Shown here in pieces: positions 40,694 to 52,774 of a stretch of DNA of 64,000 bases (its first letter is position 1; every line of letters begins with the position of its first letter). The translations under genes were made by a program, and so were the position numbers. The stretch is from Eledone cirrhosa (lineage: Eukaryota). Below the pieces are notes generated by a model. The model ran no database searches. It was not told where the DNA came from and was given only the letters and a program-made list of their open reading frames with translations. The stretch lies in assembly GCA_964016885.1 (NCBI GenBank), contig OZ024744.1, positions 126,480,001 through 126,544,000 of the forward strand, written 5' to 3'.

Positions 40694-41517
40694 CAGGGTG
40701 CGGACGATAATTATTCGCAAGATTACTGTCTAGGAAAGAATAACACAGTAGTTTTGTTTTTTAAGATTTATTTATCAAACTTGGGTCAGTTTGTCTTCAT
40801 GACTTGTTCTTTCAATCTCACTCGATAACCCTGTCATTGGCTTTGATGACGGCCTCGAAACCGGCTACAGGCCTTCGTCACTGTCCCCTGACTTAGGCCC
40901 TAAAGGCACTTGTGATCCTGGCCTTCAGATCGTCTTTCGTATTGCAGCTGGATTTGTCGAGAGGATTGCAGTCAGGCTAGCTGGGAGGCCAGATGTCAGG
41001 GGAGGTGAGGTCGACGAAGTTCTCTGACAGCCAAGCTTGGAACTTTCGGATGGTATGGCAGGGCGCTGAGTCTTGCTGCTACACGTACGGCCTACCTGCA
41101 GCTACCTGGTTGATCCAGGGCTTTACTACCTCACTCAGAACGCGAATGTAGCCATTAGTGTTCAGCTTGAGACCCTCAGGGAAGCAGTCAGGTGGCATGA
41201 CGACACCTAAGACCAATGTTGTCGCTGGAAACTTTATCTGCATGACTCTGGGCACGGCTTTGGATGAGACAGCGAGCCACCTGTTGTTCTGGGAGTTGAT
41301 CTTCTGGTCTTATTTGTCCTCCCGGCGATGATTCCAAGAAGAACTCCGTGTCTCTTCCACAAATTTGGAGGTTCAAAATTATTCATAATCAATTATTCTG
41401 AAAATAAATAATGGAAATATAGTCACTGTTTTTATGAGGACAAGAGTGACAACGGAGTAAAAAGAATTTGCATAAAATTAGCAGTTGAAAATTGCGACCA
41501 AATATCGTCCACACCTG
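40694..41517 (-). mobile_element. Decayed, internally deleted Tc1/mariner (DD37D-like)
   Basis: ta|cagggtgcggacgata … tatcgtccacacctg|ta. Minus strand encodes RPYV*QQDSAPCH…DIWPPS*PDCNPL. Confidence 0.85.
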
Positions 41518-41539
41518 TATATATATCATATATACATAC

Positions 41540-41570
<31 letters not shown>

Positions 41571-42152
41571 TATTCATTGATGTCCTCTCTTTAAGGCTTT
41601 TTCCTGCTAATTCAATCATATATATCGTCTTGCAGACTAAATAGGGGGTATTGTAGTGACCTACATTCCGAGGGCTCATGGATACATTCTCTGTGCATTG
41701 TTTGGCTCAGTTCAGCCAATCGCTATCAGCTTAGGAAAATGTATCTCGACATCTGCCCAGAAAGAAAAGTTCCCGCGGAGATTCGAAACTCTCTCTCTTG
41801 CAGCTCGACACCGTGAAGGTAAACATCTCTTGCTTTCGTTCCTCAAGCATAGACAATATGTAGCAACAGATATCACTACAGGTCTGGCTAACGCCTCAGC
41901 CAGTTGACCGTACGTCTTTAAATCTTTATAACCTTTTTATTGATAACATTAACTATCCTCTCAAGAGACATTCTTCTAACCTTTGTAATCTGTAAATAAA
42001 TTATATATAAACAATTATAAAGTCGTACGATGCTATTTTTCACAACATTGCTTTTAACATCTTCAATGGTGACTTCCGTGATACAATACACAAATACACA
42101 CGTTCTCAACACAAACATTTACTAAACGTAAGAGTTTAAAGAAAGAAAAGTC

Positions 42153-42391
42153 TGTAATGGATAATTTCACTGCTATTTCTAGCAGTCAGAGAGACTACGT
42201 CGATATATAATTGATATTTTACTGAGTGATACCTTTTCATTTACTATCGATTAAATACAATTGGAACTGTCTGGATGTATTAAATTATATCAGTGACTTT
42301 TAACTAATGACACCGGTAAGGGAGTTAAATCATTTCCAACGACATCGAGTACCTGCTGTCTTCTGAATCTAATTATATCTTGTGTAACAAT

Positions 42392-42429
<38 letters not shown>

Positions 42430-42824
42430 ATTTTAATTCCCCGACATCAGTCTTACAGTGTCATATCTATTCTTACTTTACAATTGTGTCTACGAAGAGT
42501 TCCATTACAATCTGTAGTAGTAAAACTATTTCACCAGAACATCTGCTATAAGTCTTTTATAGACAATATATATATTTTAGACCACATATCAACCTAATAT
42601 ATATATATATTTCCTATCAAATCTGTAGCTAAAGACATAAAGTCAGCCTCACTATTCATTCTGACAAGATATCAATTTATGACTAAAGATGAAGAAGATA
42701 CACCAACGTTAATGTCGTGAAATAAAGCTGATAACATTGAAACTTCTAATTTGATAACAAAGATTATTTCTTTGGTTGTTTAGTAACAACTAACAACACA
42801 ACACATTGATTATATGTGAAGGAG
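42153..42824 (+). other. Start of ZNF duplication unit 2 (candidate promoter plus non-coding exon 1)
   Basis: Paralogue of 29248-29939. Donor GTAAGT at 42825; acceptor AG at 48276-48277. Confidence 0.65.
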
Positions 42825-43112
42825 GTAAGTTGACAAAGATTTAGTTAATGTCTATATTAATGTGTGTAAATAATATAATGATGTGAACCTTACAACGATC
42901 CAGTAATTAACCAGATTCCACTGTTACATGTGATATAAAATATATTGTTATCATGACTGTCTTTATTTAAATTACCTCCGTCTATATTTCAACCACTGGA
43001 ACAACCTCAAACAAGAAACAGTTGTCACACCCTCAGTCAACATTTTAATGTAAGATGTCGAAATATAAGTTATGAGTGTATATAGATAGATGTATGTTGT
43101 GTGTGTATATAT

Positions 43113-43560
43113 ACAGTAATCCCCCGCTATATCGCGGTTCACTTTTCGCGGTCCCGTTACATCACGGATATTTCTTTCGAACGTATTTAATTTCCTATCG
43201 CGGTAATCCTCGCCACATCGCTTTAATTATAAACAAATGTTTATATTTTTCATTCCATTATTGTTTTACTGATTGTGTTTTGCTCTAATCTACTACAAAC
43301 CTTTCATAGATTGACGGGAGGTGTGCAGTGTATTACCAAGTGGCTACCGTGGCTGGCAATAGTCCTCATTGGTAACTAGTGGTATGATAGTTGGTGGTAG
43401 TTTCTATACGATCGTTACTGGCTGTTTTTGGTGTTTAAATACAAAAGTGTGTTTTAATGAGTTTATATGTACTTAAAGCATGTATGAGAGGTATTTTAAG
43501 GCTTAAACTATGAAAACAACGGTTGTCTTTATGGTCTCTCTATATCAGGGTTGGTTCTGG
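43113..43560. mobile_element. Tigger/pogo-like DNA transposon relic
   Basis: ta|cagtaatccccgctatatcgcgg terminus. A longer paralogue lies at 63331-63915. The right TIR is not evident. Confidence 0.5.
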
Positions 43561-43937
43561 AACGTATCCTGGCTTAGTGGTTAAAGCATTGGGCTTACAA
43601 TCGTATGGTTGTGAGTTCGATTGTCGCACCGTATGATGTGTTGTTTCCTTGAGCAAGACACTTTATTTTACATTGTTTACTCAGCTGTAGAAATGAGTTG
43701 TGATGTTATTGGTGCCAAGCTGTATCAACACCTAGCCTTTCTCGTGGACAACATTATATATAGTGTATAATATATACTGTATATAGTGTATATATAATAT
43801 ATATATTATGTTTATATGTTGAGATGTCACTGGTGCCAAGCTGTATTGGCCATTGCTTTTCTCTTGGACATATATATAGTGTATATATATAATGTATATA
43901 GTGTATATATACTGTACACAGTGTAAATATATGTATA

Positions 43938-45425
43938 TCATCATCACTGTTTTACGTCCCTTCTTCCACGGTAGTATGGGTTAGACAGGTTATCCTGTTG
44001 TGGGCAGTGCCCGGTAGGGTGACCTTGTCTTACTCAGATGGGAACTGATTTTGGCTTTATTTCTACAGCTGGATGCCCTTCCTAACACCAACCTCACAGT
44101 GAGTGATGGGTGCTTTTTTGTTGTGACACCTCCACGGCCACTTTACAGTGGGAGGGGGTGGGGGCATATTGTTTATATGTTTCAGCTTCGATTGTACCCG
44201 TGGGAAGTCTGGTCTTCTATATTACTGTGTGAAGCCAGAGGTCACGGTCCGGTGTCATCGCATTTGGGAGGTGCAATTGGGTAAGGTCAGCTTTCATCAC
44301 CTCATCCCAGGTCTTCTTGGGTCTCCCCACTCCATGGCTTCCATCGACTTCTAGTGCTCTGCATCTGTTTATGTAGCTTTCATCCTTCATACACATCACA
44401 TGTCTATACCAACACAACCTCCTCTCCTGCACACAGCATTTGATTCCTCTTATGCTCAGTCTCTCTCTCAATTTGTTAATGCTTTGCTGTTCATGTATAT
44501 TACTATTACACATCCATCGGAGCATGCAAGCTTCATTTCTTTCTACGCAAGTCTTCTACAGACAGCGCCCAGGTCTCACTACCATGTAACATTGCTGTTC
44601 GTATGCACGCATCATACTGTCTGTCTTTCATTTTGAGGGAAAAGCCTTTTGTAGCTAGCAGTGGCAGTAGCTCCCTGAACTTCTTCAATCCCGTCGTTAC
44701 CCTGGTTACTGTACTTTCAGAACACCAACCTCCTGCTTGTTCGGTCATCTAGGTAGCAAAAGCTGTCTATTGTTTCTACAGAGCTCTCCCAGAGTTTGGT
44801 GGTGCTTGTTTCTTTAGTTCTGCCATAGATTCAGCTATAAGTGTAAGATCATCCGCATATAGGAGTTCCTATGGGCATCCGGTCTTAAACTCTTCTGTTA
44901 TAGCCTGCAATACTATAATAAGGGCTAAGAACAGAGCCCTGGTGGACACCGAACTGTATGCTAAATTCCCCGCTATAGTCATTGTTAACTCTTTGCTGAC
45001 TGCTCCCCTATACATGGCATGTACAGCTTTCACAAGCCAATAATCTACTCCTAGTTTTCTAAGAGGCCACCAGATTATAGCACGGGGTCTCTGTCGAAGA
45101 CTTTTTCCAGATAGACAAAAGCCAGGGAGAGCAGCTTGCTTTTAGCTAGGTACTTTTCCTGTAACTGCCTCAGAAGGAAGAGGGCATCAGTGGTGCTTTT
45201 TCCTGGCACAAACCCAAACTGCATCTCACCTAGTTTTACCCAGTCCCTGATCAACTGTGCTATGACTCTTTCCATTACTTTCATAACCTGGTCCATCAGC
45301 TTTATACCTCTATAGTTTATTCTATCTAGTGCATCTACTTTACCCTTGTAGCAGTTGACGATGATGCTGTTGCACCAATCCTTTGGTATGACACTCTCTA
45401 GTATTACCTGATTAACAATATGTGG
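43938..45425 (-). mobile_element. 5'-truncated RTE LINE
   Basis: MDQVMKVMERV…QFGFVPGKSTTDA, ELLYADD, MLHGSETWA, RRLCWYRHV, GRPKKTW and 3' tail. Confidence 0.9.
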
Positions 45426-45835
45426 TTATTACTTTATCTACGCATTTCTCAGTTAATAGTATACCTACACCACCCATCCCATTGTCATTTCCCACCCAGA
45501 AAAGTTTATAGCACTAACTTTCGCCTACAAGGACTCTAGCGGACTCTCCTCTCCACCTAGTCTCTTGCACACAGCATACGTCAATATCCTTTCACTCTAG
45601 CATGTCTATAATTTCTCCTTCCCTTCCTTTCATTGTGCTTATGTTGATGCTGCCAACTCAGAGTTTTGGACATTTGCCATCATTTGCGGGGGAGTGTGTA
45701 TGCTTCCTGTCTCTGAATTAAAGCTTTGTATGGGTGCTTGGTAACTCGCGGATTTATATTGATTTATTTATTCGGGGTTGTTCCATTTATCTTTCACTCC
45801 TCCATACATAATGGTGAACAAGAATTCTTTGGTGC

Positions 45836-46815
45836 AGGGCTAGAAGGACAGTAGTAGTAATGGCAGAGTTTGTTGGGGCTGGTAAGGTCTAGAAGGACAG
45901 TAGTAGTAATGGCAGAGTTTGTTGGGGCTGGTAAGGGCTAGAAGGACAGTAGTAGTAATGGCAGAGTTTGTTGGGGCTGGTAAGGTCTAGAAGGACAGTA
46001 GTAGTAATGGCAGAGTTTGTTGGGGCTGGTAAGGGCTAGAAGGACAGTAGTAGTAATGGCAGAGTTTGTTGGGGCTGGTAAGGGCTAGAAGTACAGTAGT
46101 AGTAATGGCAGAGTTTGTTGGGGCTGGTAAAGGCTAGAAGGACAGTAGTAGTAATGGCAGAGTTTGTTGGGGCTGGTAAGGGCTAGAAGGGCAGTAGTAG
46201 TAATGGCAGAGTTTGTTGGGGCTGGTAAGGGCTAGAAGGGCAGTAGTAGTAATGGCAGAGTTTGTTGGGGCTGGTAAGGTCTAGAAGGACAGTAGTAGTA
46301 ATGGCAGAGTTTGTTGGGGCTGGTAAAGGCTAGAAGGACAGTCGTAGTAATGGCAGAGTTTGTTGGGGCTAGTAAGGGTTAGAAGGACAGTAGTACTATT
46401 GACAGAGTTTGTTGGGGCTGGTAAGGGCTAGAAGGACAGTAGTTGTAATGGCAGAGTTTGTTGGGTTGGTAAGGGCTAGAAGGACAGTAGTAGTAATGGC
46501 AGAGTTTGTTGGGGCTGGTAAGGGCTAGAAGGACAGTAGTTGTAATGGCAGAGTTTGTTGGGGCTGGTAAGGGCTAGAAGGACAGTAGTAGTAATGGCAG
46601 AGGTTGTTGGGGCTGGTAAGGGCTAGAAGGACAGTAGTTGTAATGGCAGAGTTTGTTGGGGCTGGTAAGGGCTAGAAGGACAGTAGTTGTAATGGCAGAG
46701 TTTGTTGGGGCTGGTAAGGGCTAGAAGGACAGTAGTTGTAATGGCAGAGTTTGTTGGGGCTGGTAAGGGCTAGAAGGACAGTAGTAGTAATGGCAGAGTT
46801 TGTTGGGGCTGGTAA
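45836..46815. repeat. 49-bp minisatellite, ~20 copies
   Basis: Unit gggctagaaggacagtagtagtaatggcagagtttgttggggctggtaa. Confidence 0.95.
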
Positions 46816-47214
46816 TGGGTCAGGACATGTTGCTGAGGTTTGATTGGTCAAATAGCCTATGGTGGTGAGTGGGAAATTGCGAGATAGGTAGCCATCATGA
46901 CATATATCATAACAGGAGATTCGGGGGAAATAAGCAGATATAAGTAGATATATTAGACAAGGCAAATATGCAAGAACTTCGAAGATGGTCACCTAGCTTC
47001 GTAAACACCGAAATGAATGAGTGGGAGAAAGGGGAAGTAATGGTGGGGGTTAGACAATGTCCAACATGGTTTATATCAAAATCAAGGTCGAAGTATATAC
47101 GTTGTGGAAACAAGTGAATGATAATAATAATAATGTAAACAGAACATTTTGAAACTGGGGAAGAGAGATAGCTGTAGAATAGAAATAATCTATGGAAGTC
47201 TGGGATATAAGTTA

Positions 47215-47660
47215 CATATATATGTTGTGATGTCACTGGTGCCAAGCTGTGTCAGCCATTGCCTTTACCTTGGACAACATATATGGTGTATATATATATA
47301 TTGTACACAGTGTATATATATAGTGTATATATATGTTGTGATGTCACTGGTGCCAAGCTGTATCAGCCATTACATTTCCCTTGGACAACATATATAGTGT
47401 ATGATAGATATTGTACACAGTGTATATATGTATATATATATATATATATATATAGTGTATATATATGTTGTGATGTCGCTGGTGTCAAGCTGTGTCAGCC
47501 ATTACCTTTCCCTTGGACATATATATAGTGTATATATACTGTATAATATATATAGTGTATATATATGTTGTGAAGTCACAAGTGCCAAGCTGTATCGGCC
47601 ATAGCCTTTCTCTTGGACAACATATATAGGGTATTATATATACTGTACACAGTGTATATA
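47215..47660 (+). repeat. Four tandem copies of a SINE-tail fragment
   Basis: gttgtgatgtcactggtgccaagctgtatcagccattgccttt…ttggacaacat x4 with a ~110-130-bp period. Also present at 43698-43870. Confidence 0.8.
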
Positions 47661-48682
47661 TACATCATCATCATCATCGTTTAACGTCCATCTTCCATGC
47701 TAGCATGGGTTTGGACGGGAGTTTTCTCACTTGAGGCAAGAATGGTTGTCTTGCTCGCATAGGACTGTCTGGTGGGTTTTCTACGACTGGATGCCCTTCC
47801 TAACACCAACCACATTTACAGTGTGGACTGGGAGGTTTTTACCGTGTTACCTACACGACCACATTACAGCGTGGACTGTGTGTTTTTTTTTTGTCGTGAC
47901 ACCTACACGACCTCATTTGTTTCGGACTGGATGTTGTGGTACCAACATAACTTCACATTTAAGGGGGTGGTGGGGATGGGGTGGGGGTGTATTTTGTTAA
48001 AGGTGCCTACTGACTGTTGCTTTCAGCAGGTTCACTTTCAGGCATTGCCACTGTTCCTCTATATTGCATGTCTCTAATTGATCTTCCTTATTGTCAAAGG
48101 CATCAAGTAATAGGCTTTTAAATTTGTCACTGGCTATGGAGTCCTTTAACTTCCACAATCTTCTACTCAAGGTAGTCTACAATTTACCAATATAGAAATA
48201 TAAAATTTCCACTGTTAAATCTATCTCTGCTTCTAAAGTATTCTGTATTATCTCATACTGTTTCTTTCTTATTTCAGAATACCAGATGACATTGGGATAA
48301 ATTATTATTTTCAATCTTGGATACATCACCTCTATTTATCATCATTTTAAAACTAAAACATTCTAAGCAGAACTTATATAACACTGTTTATATAAATCTC
48401 TCGTCATATTACTGTGAAATATTTCCTCAAAACTGAGTTTATTTTCTTCACTATAAGATGATTTTGTATTTTAACTAAACTTGGATGAAAAAGAAGTTTA
48501 TATTATCTTCAGATATAAACTGAAATATAGTTGAGGGAAATATAGAAGAAATATTTTATCAGAAATATAATATTAAAAAAATTACAAGGAAAACATCTGT
48601 ATATGCTGTTGAAGAAGGAAAATAATTGACAAAGAAGATTAAATGCGAAACACAATCTAAAGTGTTTAGTATTCCTGGTGAG

Positions 48683-48949
48683 ATGACGAAGGTTAGAGAA
48701 GAGAAGCCATATCACTGTGATATCTGGTAAATAATTTAATAAACTTAGTACCTTAACTACTCACAAAGTTATACATAGAGGAGATAAGCCATATTGTGAT
48801 ATCCGTGGTAAATAATTCTCTCGAAGTAGTGACTTAACTTCTCACAACGTACCCATACAGGACATAAGCCATATCACTGTGATATCTGTGGTAAATCATT
48901 CTCTCTCAGCAGTTACTTAACTGATCACAAACCTACCCATACAAGAGGC
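48683..48949 (+). pseudogene. Three decayed 5' fingers of ZNF gene 3
   Basis: Ancestral ATG 48683 (MTKVREEKPYHCD), orthologous to 36526, followed by small deletions and stops. Confidence 0.8.
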
Positions 48950-51478
48950 ATGGCATATCACTGTGATATCTGTGGTAAATCATTCTCTGATAGTAGTTCT
49001 TTAATTAGGCATAAACGTATACATACAGGAGAGAAACCATATCAATGCGATATCTGTGGTAAATCATTCTCTCATAGTAGTACCTTAACTTCTCACATAC
49101 ATACTCATACAGGTGAGAAACCATATCACTGCGATATCTGTAGTAAATCATTCTCTCAAAATAGTCACCTAACTGATCACAAACGTATACATACAGGAGA
49201 CAAGCCATATCACTGTGATATCTGTGGCAAATCATTCTCTGTAAGTAGTACCTTAACTAACCACAAACGTATACATACAGGAGACAAGCCATATCACTGT
49301 GATATCTGTGGCAAATCATTCTCTGATAGTAGTGCCTCGACTAGACACAAACGTATACATACAGGACATAAGCAATATCACTGTGATATCTGCAGTAAAT
49401 CATTCTCTAATAGTAGTACCCTAACTTGTCATACACGTACCCATACGGGTGAGAGACCATATCACTGCGATATCTGTGGTAAATCATTCTCTCAACGTAG
49501 TCACTTAACTACACACAAACGTACACATACAGGAGACAAGCCATATCATTGTGATATCTGTGGCAAATCATTCTCTGATAGTAGTGCCTTTACTAGACAC
49601 AAACATATACATACAGGACATAAGCAATATCACTGTGATATCTGTGGTAAATCATTCTCTGAAAGTAGTGCCTTAACTTCTCACATACATACCCATACGG
49701 GTGAGAAACCATATCACTGCGATATCTGTGGTAAATCATTCTCTCAAAGTAGTCACTTAACTACACATGAACGTACACATACAGGAGATAAGCCATATCA
49801 CTGTGATATCTGTGGTATATCATTCTCTCAAAGTAGTGCCTTCACTAGCCACAAACGTACACATACAGGAGACAAGCCATATTACTGTGATATCTGTGGT
49901 AAATCATTCTCTGTAAGTGGTCCCTTAACTAGACACAAACGTACACATACGGGAGACAAGCCATATCACTGTGATATCTGTGGTAAATCATACTCTGATA
50001 GTAGTAACTTAACTAAACATAAACGTACACATACAGGAGACAAGCCATATCACTGTGATATCTGTGGTAAATCATTCTCTGAAAGTAGATCCTTATTTAA
50101 GCATAAACTTATACATACAGGAGACAAGCCATTACACTGTGATATCTGTGGTAAATCATTCTCTCAAAGTAGTAACTTAACTGCACATAAACGCACACAT
50201 ACGGGAGACAAGCCTTATAATTGTGATATCTGTGGTAAATCATTCTCTGTAAGTGATACCTTAACTAGCCACAAACGTACCCATACAGGAGACAAGCCAT
50301 ATCACTGTGACATCTGTGGTAAATCATTCTCTCTAAGTAGTCACTTAACTAGACACAAACGTACACATACAGGAGACAAGCCATATCACTGTGATATCTG
50401 TGGTAAATCATTCTCTCTAAGTGGTACCTTAACTAGCCACAAACGTACCCATACAGGAGACAGGCCATATCACTGTGATATCTGTGGTAAATCATTCTCT
50501 CTAAGTAGTAACTTAACTGCACATAAACGTACACATACAGGAGACAAGCCATATCACTGTGATATCTGTGGTAAATCATTCTCAGAAAGTAGTGCCTTAA
50601 CTAGCCACAAACGGACCCATACAGGAGACAAGCCATATCACTGTGATATCTGTGGTAAATTATTCTCTGAAAGTAGATCCTTATTTAAGCATAAACGTAT
50701 ACATACAGGAGACAAGCCATATCGCTGTGATATCTGTGGTATATCATTCTCTCAAAGTAGTAACTTAACTACACATAAACGTATACATACAGGAGACAAG
50801 CCATATCACTGTGATATCTGTGGTAAATCATTCTCTCAAAGTAGTAACCTAACTACACATAAACGTACACATACAGGAGACAAGCCATATTACTGTGATA
50901 TCTGTGGTAAATCATTCTCTGTAAGTGATACCTTAACTAACCACAAACGTACCCATAAAGGAGACAAGCCATATCACTGTGATATCTGTGGTAAATCATT
51001 CTCACTAAGTAGTAACTTAACTACACATAAACGTACACATACAGGAGACAAGCCATATCACTGTGATATCTGTGGTAAATCATTCTCTCTAAGTGGTACC
51101 TTAACTATCCACAAACGTACCCATACAGGAGACAAGCCATATCACTGCAATATCTGTGGTAAATCATTCTCTCTAGGTAGTAACTTAACTACACATAAAC
51201 GTACACATACAGGAGACAAGCCATATCACTGTGATATCTGTGGTAAATCATTCTCTCTAAGTGGTACCTTAACTAGCCATAAACGTACCCATACAGGAGA
51301 CAAGCCATATCACTGTGATATCTGTGGTAAATCATTCTCTCTAGGTAGTAACTTAACTACACATAAACGTACACATACAGGAGACATGCCATATCACTGT
51401 GATATCTGTGGTAAATCATTCTCTGGGAAAAGTAGCCTAGCTACTCACAAATTTATACATGCAGAAGAGAAATCATAA
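48950..51478 (+). CDS. C2H2 zinc-finger protein, 30 tandem fingers, 842 aa, no effector domain visible
   Basis: MA plus 30 x 28-aa [11 protein letters not shown]…HxxxHTGDKP units; uninterrupted ORF. Confidence 0.93.
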   Translation: MAYHCDICGKSFSDSSSLIRHKRIHTGEKPYQCDICGKSFSHSSTLTSHIHTHTGEKPYHCDICSKSFSQNSHLTDHKRIHTGDKPYHCDICGKSFSVSSTLTNHKRIHTGDKPYHCDICGKSFSDSSASTRHKRIHTGHKQYHCDICSKSFSNSSTLTCHTRTHTGERPYHCDICGKSFSQRSHLTTHKRTHTGDKPYHCDICGKSFSDSSAFTRHKHIHTGHKQYHCDICGKSFSESSALTSHIHTHTGEKPYHCDICGKSFSQSSHLTTHERTHTGDKPYHCDICGISFSQSSAFTSHKRTHTGDKPYYCDICGKSFSVSGPLTRHKRTHTGDKPYHCDICGKSYSDSSNLTKHKRTHTGDKPYHCDICGKSFSESRSLFKHKLIHTGDKPLHCDICGKSFSQSSNLTAHKRTHTGDKPYNCDICGKSFSVSDTLTSHKRTHTGDKPYHCDICGKSFSLSSHLTRHKRTHTGDKPYHCDICGKSFSLSGTLTSHKRTHTGDRPYHCDICGKSFSLSSNLTAHKRTHTGDKPYHCDICGKSFSESSALTSHKRTHTGDKPYHCDICGKLFSESRSLFKHKRIHTGDKPYRCDICGISFSQSSNLTTHKRIHTGDKPYHCDICGKSFSQSSNLTTHKRTHTGDKPYYCDICGKSFSVSDTLTNHKRTHKGDKPYHCDICGKSFSLSSNLTTHKRTHTGDKPYHCDICGKSFSLSGTLTIHKRTHTGDKPYHCNICGKSFSLGSNLTTHKRTHTGDKPYHCDICGKSFSLSGTLTSHKRTHTGDKPYHCDICGKSFSLGSNLTTHKRTHTGDMPYHCDICGKSFSGKSSLATHKFIHAEEKS

Positions 51479-52774
51479 TGCATTGACATCAGAAATAAAT
51501 CATTCCCTCAAATTTGTGAATTAATGCAAATATAAATACATATCATTGTGACATCTGAGAGTAACCATTCTCTTTGAATGTTACACACAAACATATACAT
51601 ACAGCTGGGAAGCCATATAATTTTGATATATTTGGTAAATCTTTTTCTAAATGTTGTGACTTTACTAGACACTAACATCTACAGGAGAGGAACCATATCA
51701 CTGTGATGTCTGTGGTAAATGCTTCTCTAAATTCTGTGACTTCATTAGACACTAACATCCCCAGGAGAGGAACTATATCACTAATTCTCTTCTAAAGAAT
51801 ACTTAATGCAACACAATTAGACAAGATGAAAACCATGTCACTCACCCAAAATAGTGCCACCAATGTTGTTAATATCTTGAATAAAACTGTTTTACTCAGA
51901 AATTCTTCTCCTTTAATTTTATTTGTAGAAGTTGTAACCAAGAGTTTTGTAGACAAAACTGTATTGTTCAGAATTTACACACGTTATATATATATGAATG
52001 TGTGTGTAGAAATTTGTGTCCATGTATATGTTGTATCTATGTTTGTATATACGTATGTGCATATCTGTGTTTGATTTATTTGTGTATGGATGTGTGTATA
52101 TGTACGTCATCTTCATCAACATCATCAGTTTTTATGTCGGTTTTTCCATGCTTCCTTGGGTTGGACAGGTCCTTCTCAACATGGCATCTTTCCACTTGAC
52201 GTGTTCCTTTGTCATCTCCTCTGTGAGGGTCAGTTCTTTGCAGTGAGTTCACACAGCCTCTGTCCAGGTCTTTCTTGGTCTACCTCTACTATGGTTTCCT
52301 TCTACTGGGATTTCCTGGCACTTCATCACCCAGCGGTCATTATCCTTGTGCATCCCATGTCGTACAAACACAGTCTTCTCTCTTACACACCACTTCAGAT
52401 CACTCTTAAACCCAGCTTCTTCTTGTACTCGTCCAAGCTCTGCCTTTCTCTCACACTTACACAACATATCCTACAAAGCATGGTTTCTCTCCAGTCTACA
52501 TATCCTCTGCAGTCACAGCCCTTGTTTCGTTACCAAGCATCATTGTACATCACCCACACGTGTCATACAGTTGTCCTTTTGTACAGAGAGAGAAACCTTT
52601 TGTGGTCAACTGTTGCAGTAACTCTCTAAACTTTTTCCATCCTATCCTTATTCTAGCTATTCATCTTTCAGAGCAGCCCCCTCCACTGCTAATTAAGTCA
52701 CCTAGATTGCAAAAGCTATCAACTTCTTCTATGTATGTCTAATTACATATATAATTAAGCCTGACAATTCCACC

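Noticed and set aside
45836-46815. CRISPR-like regularity in the 49-bp, 80-bp and 62-68-bp arrays
   Set aside because: Units are contiguous with no unique spacers, no cas genes are present, and the context is eukaryotic.
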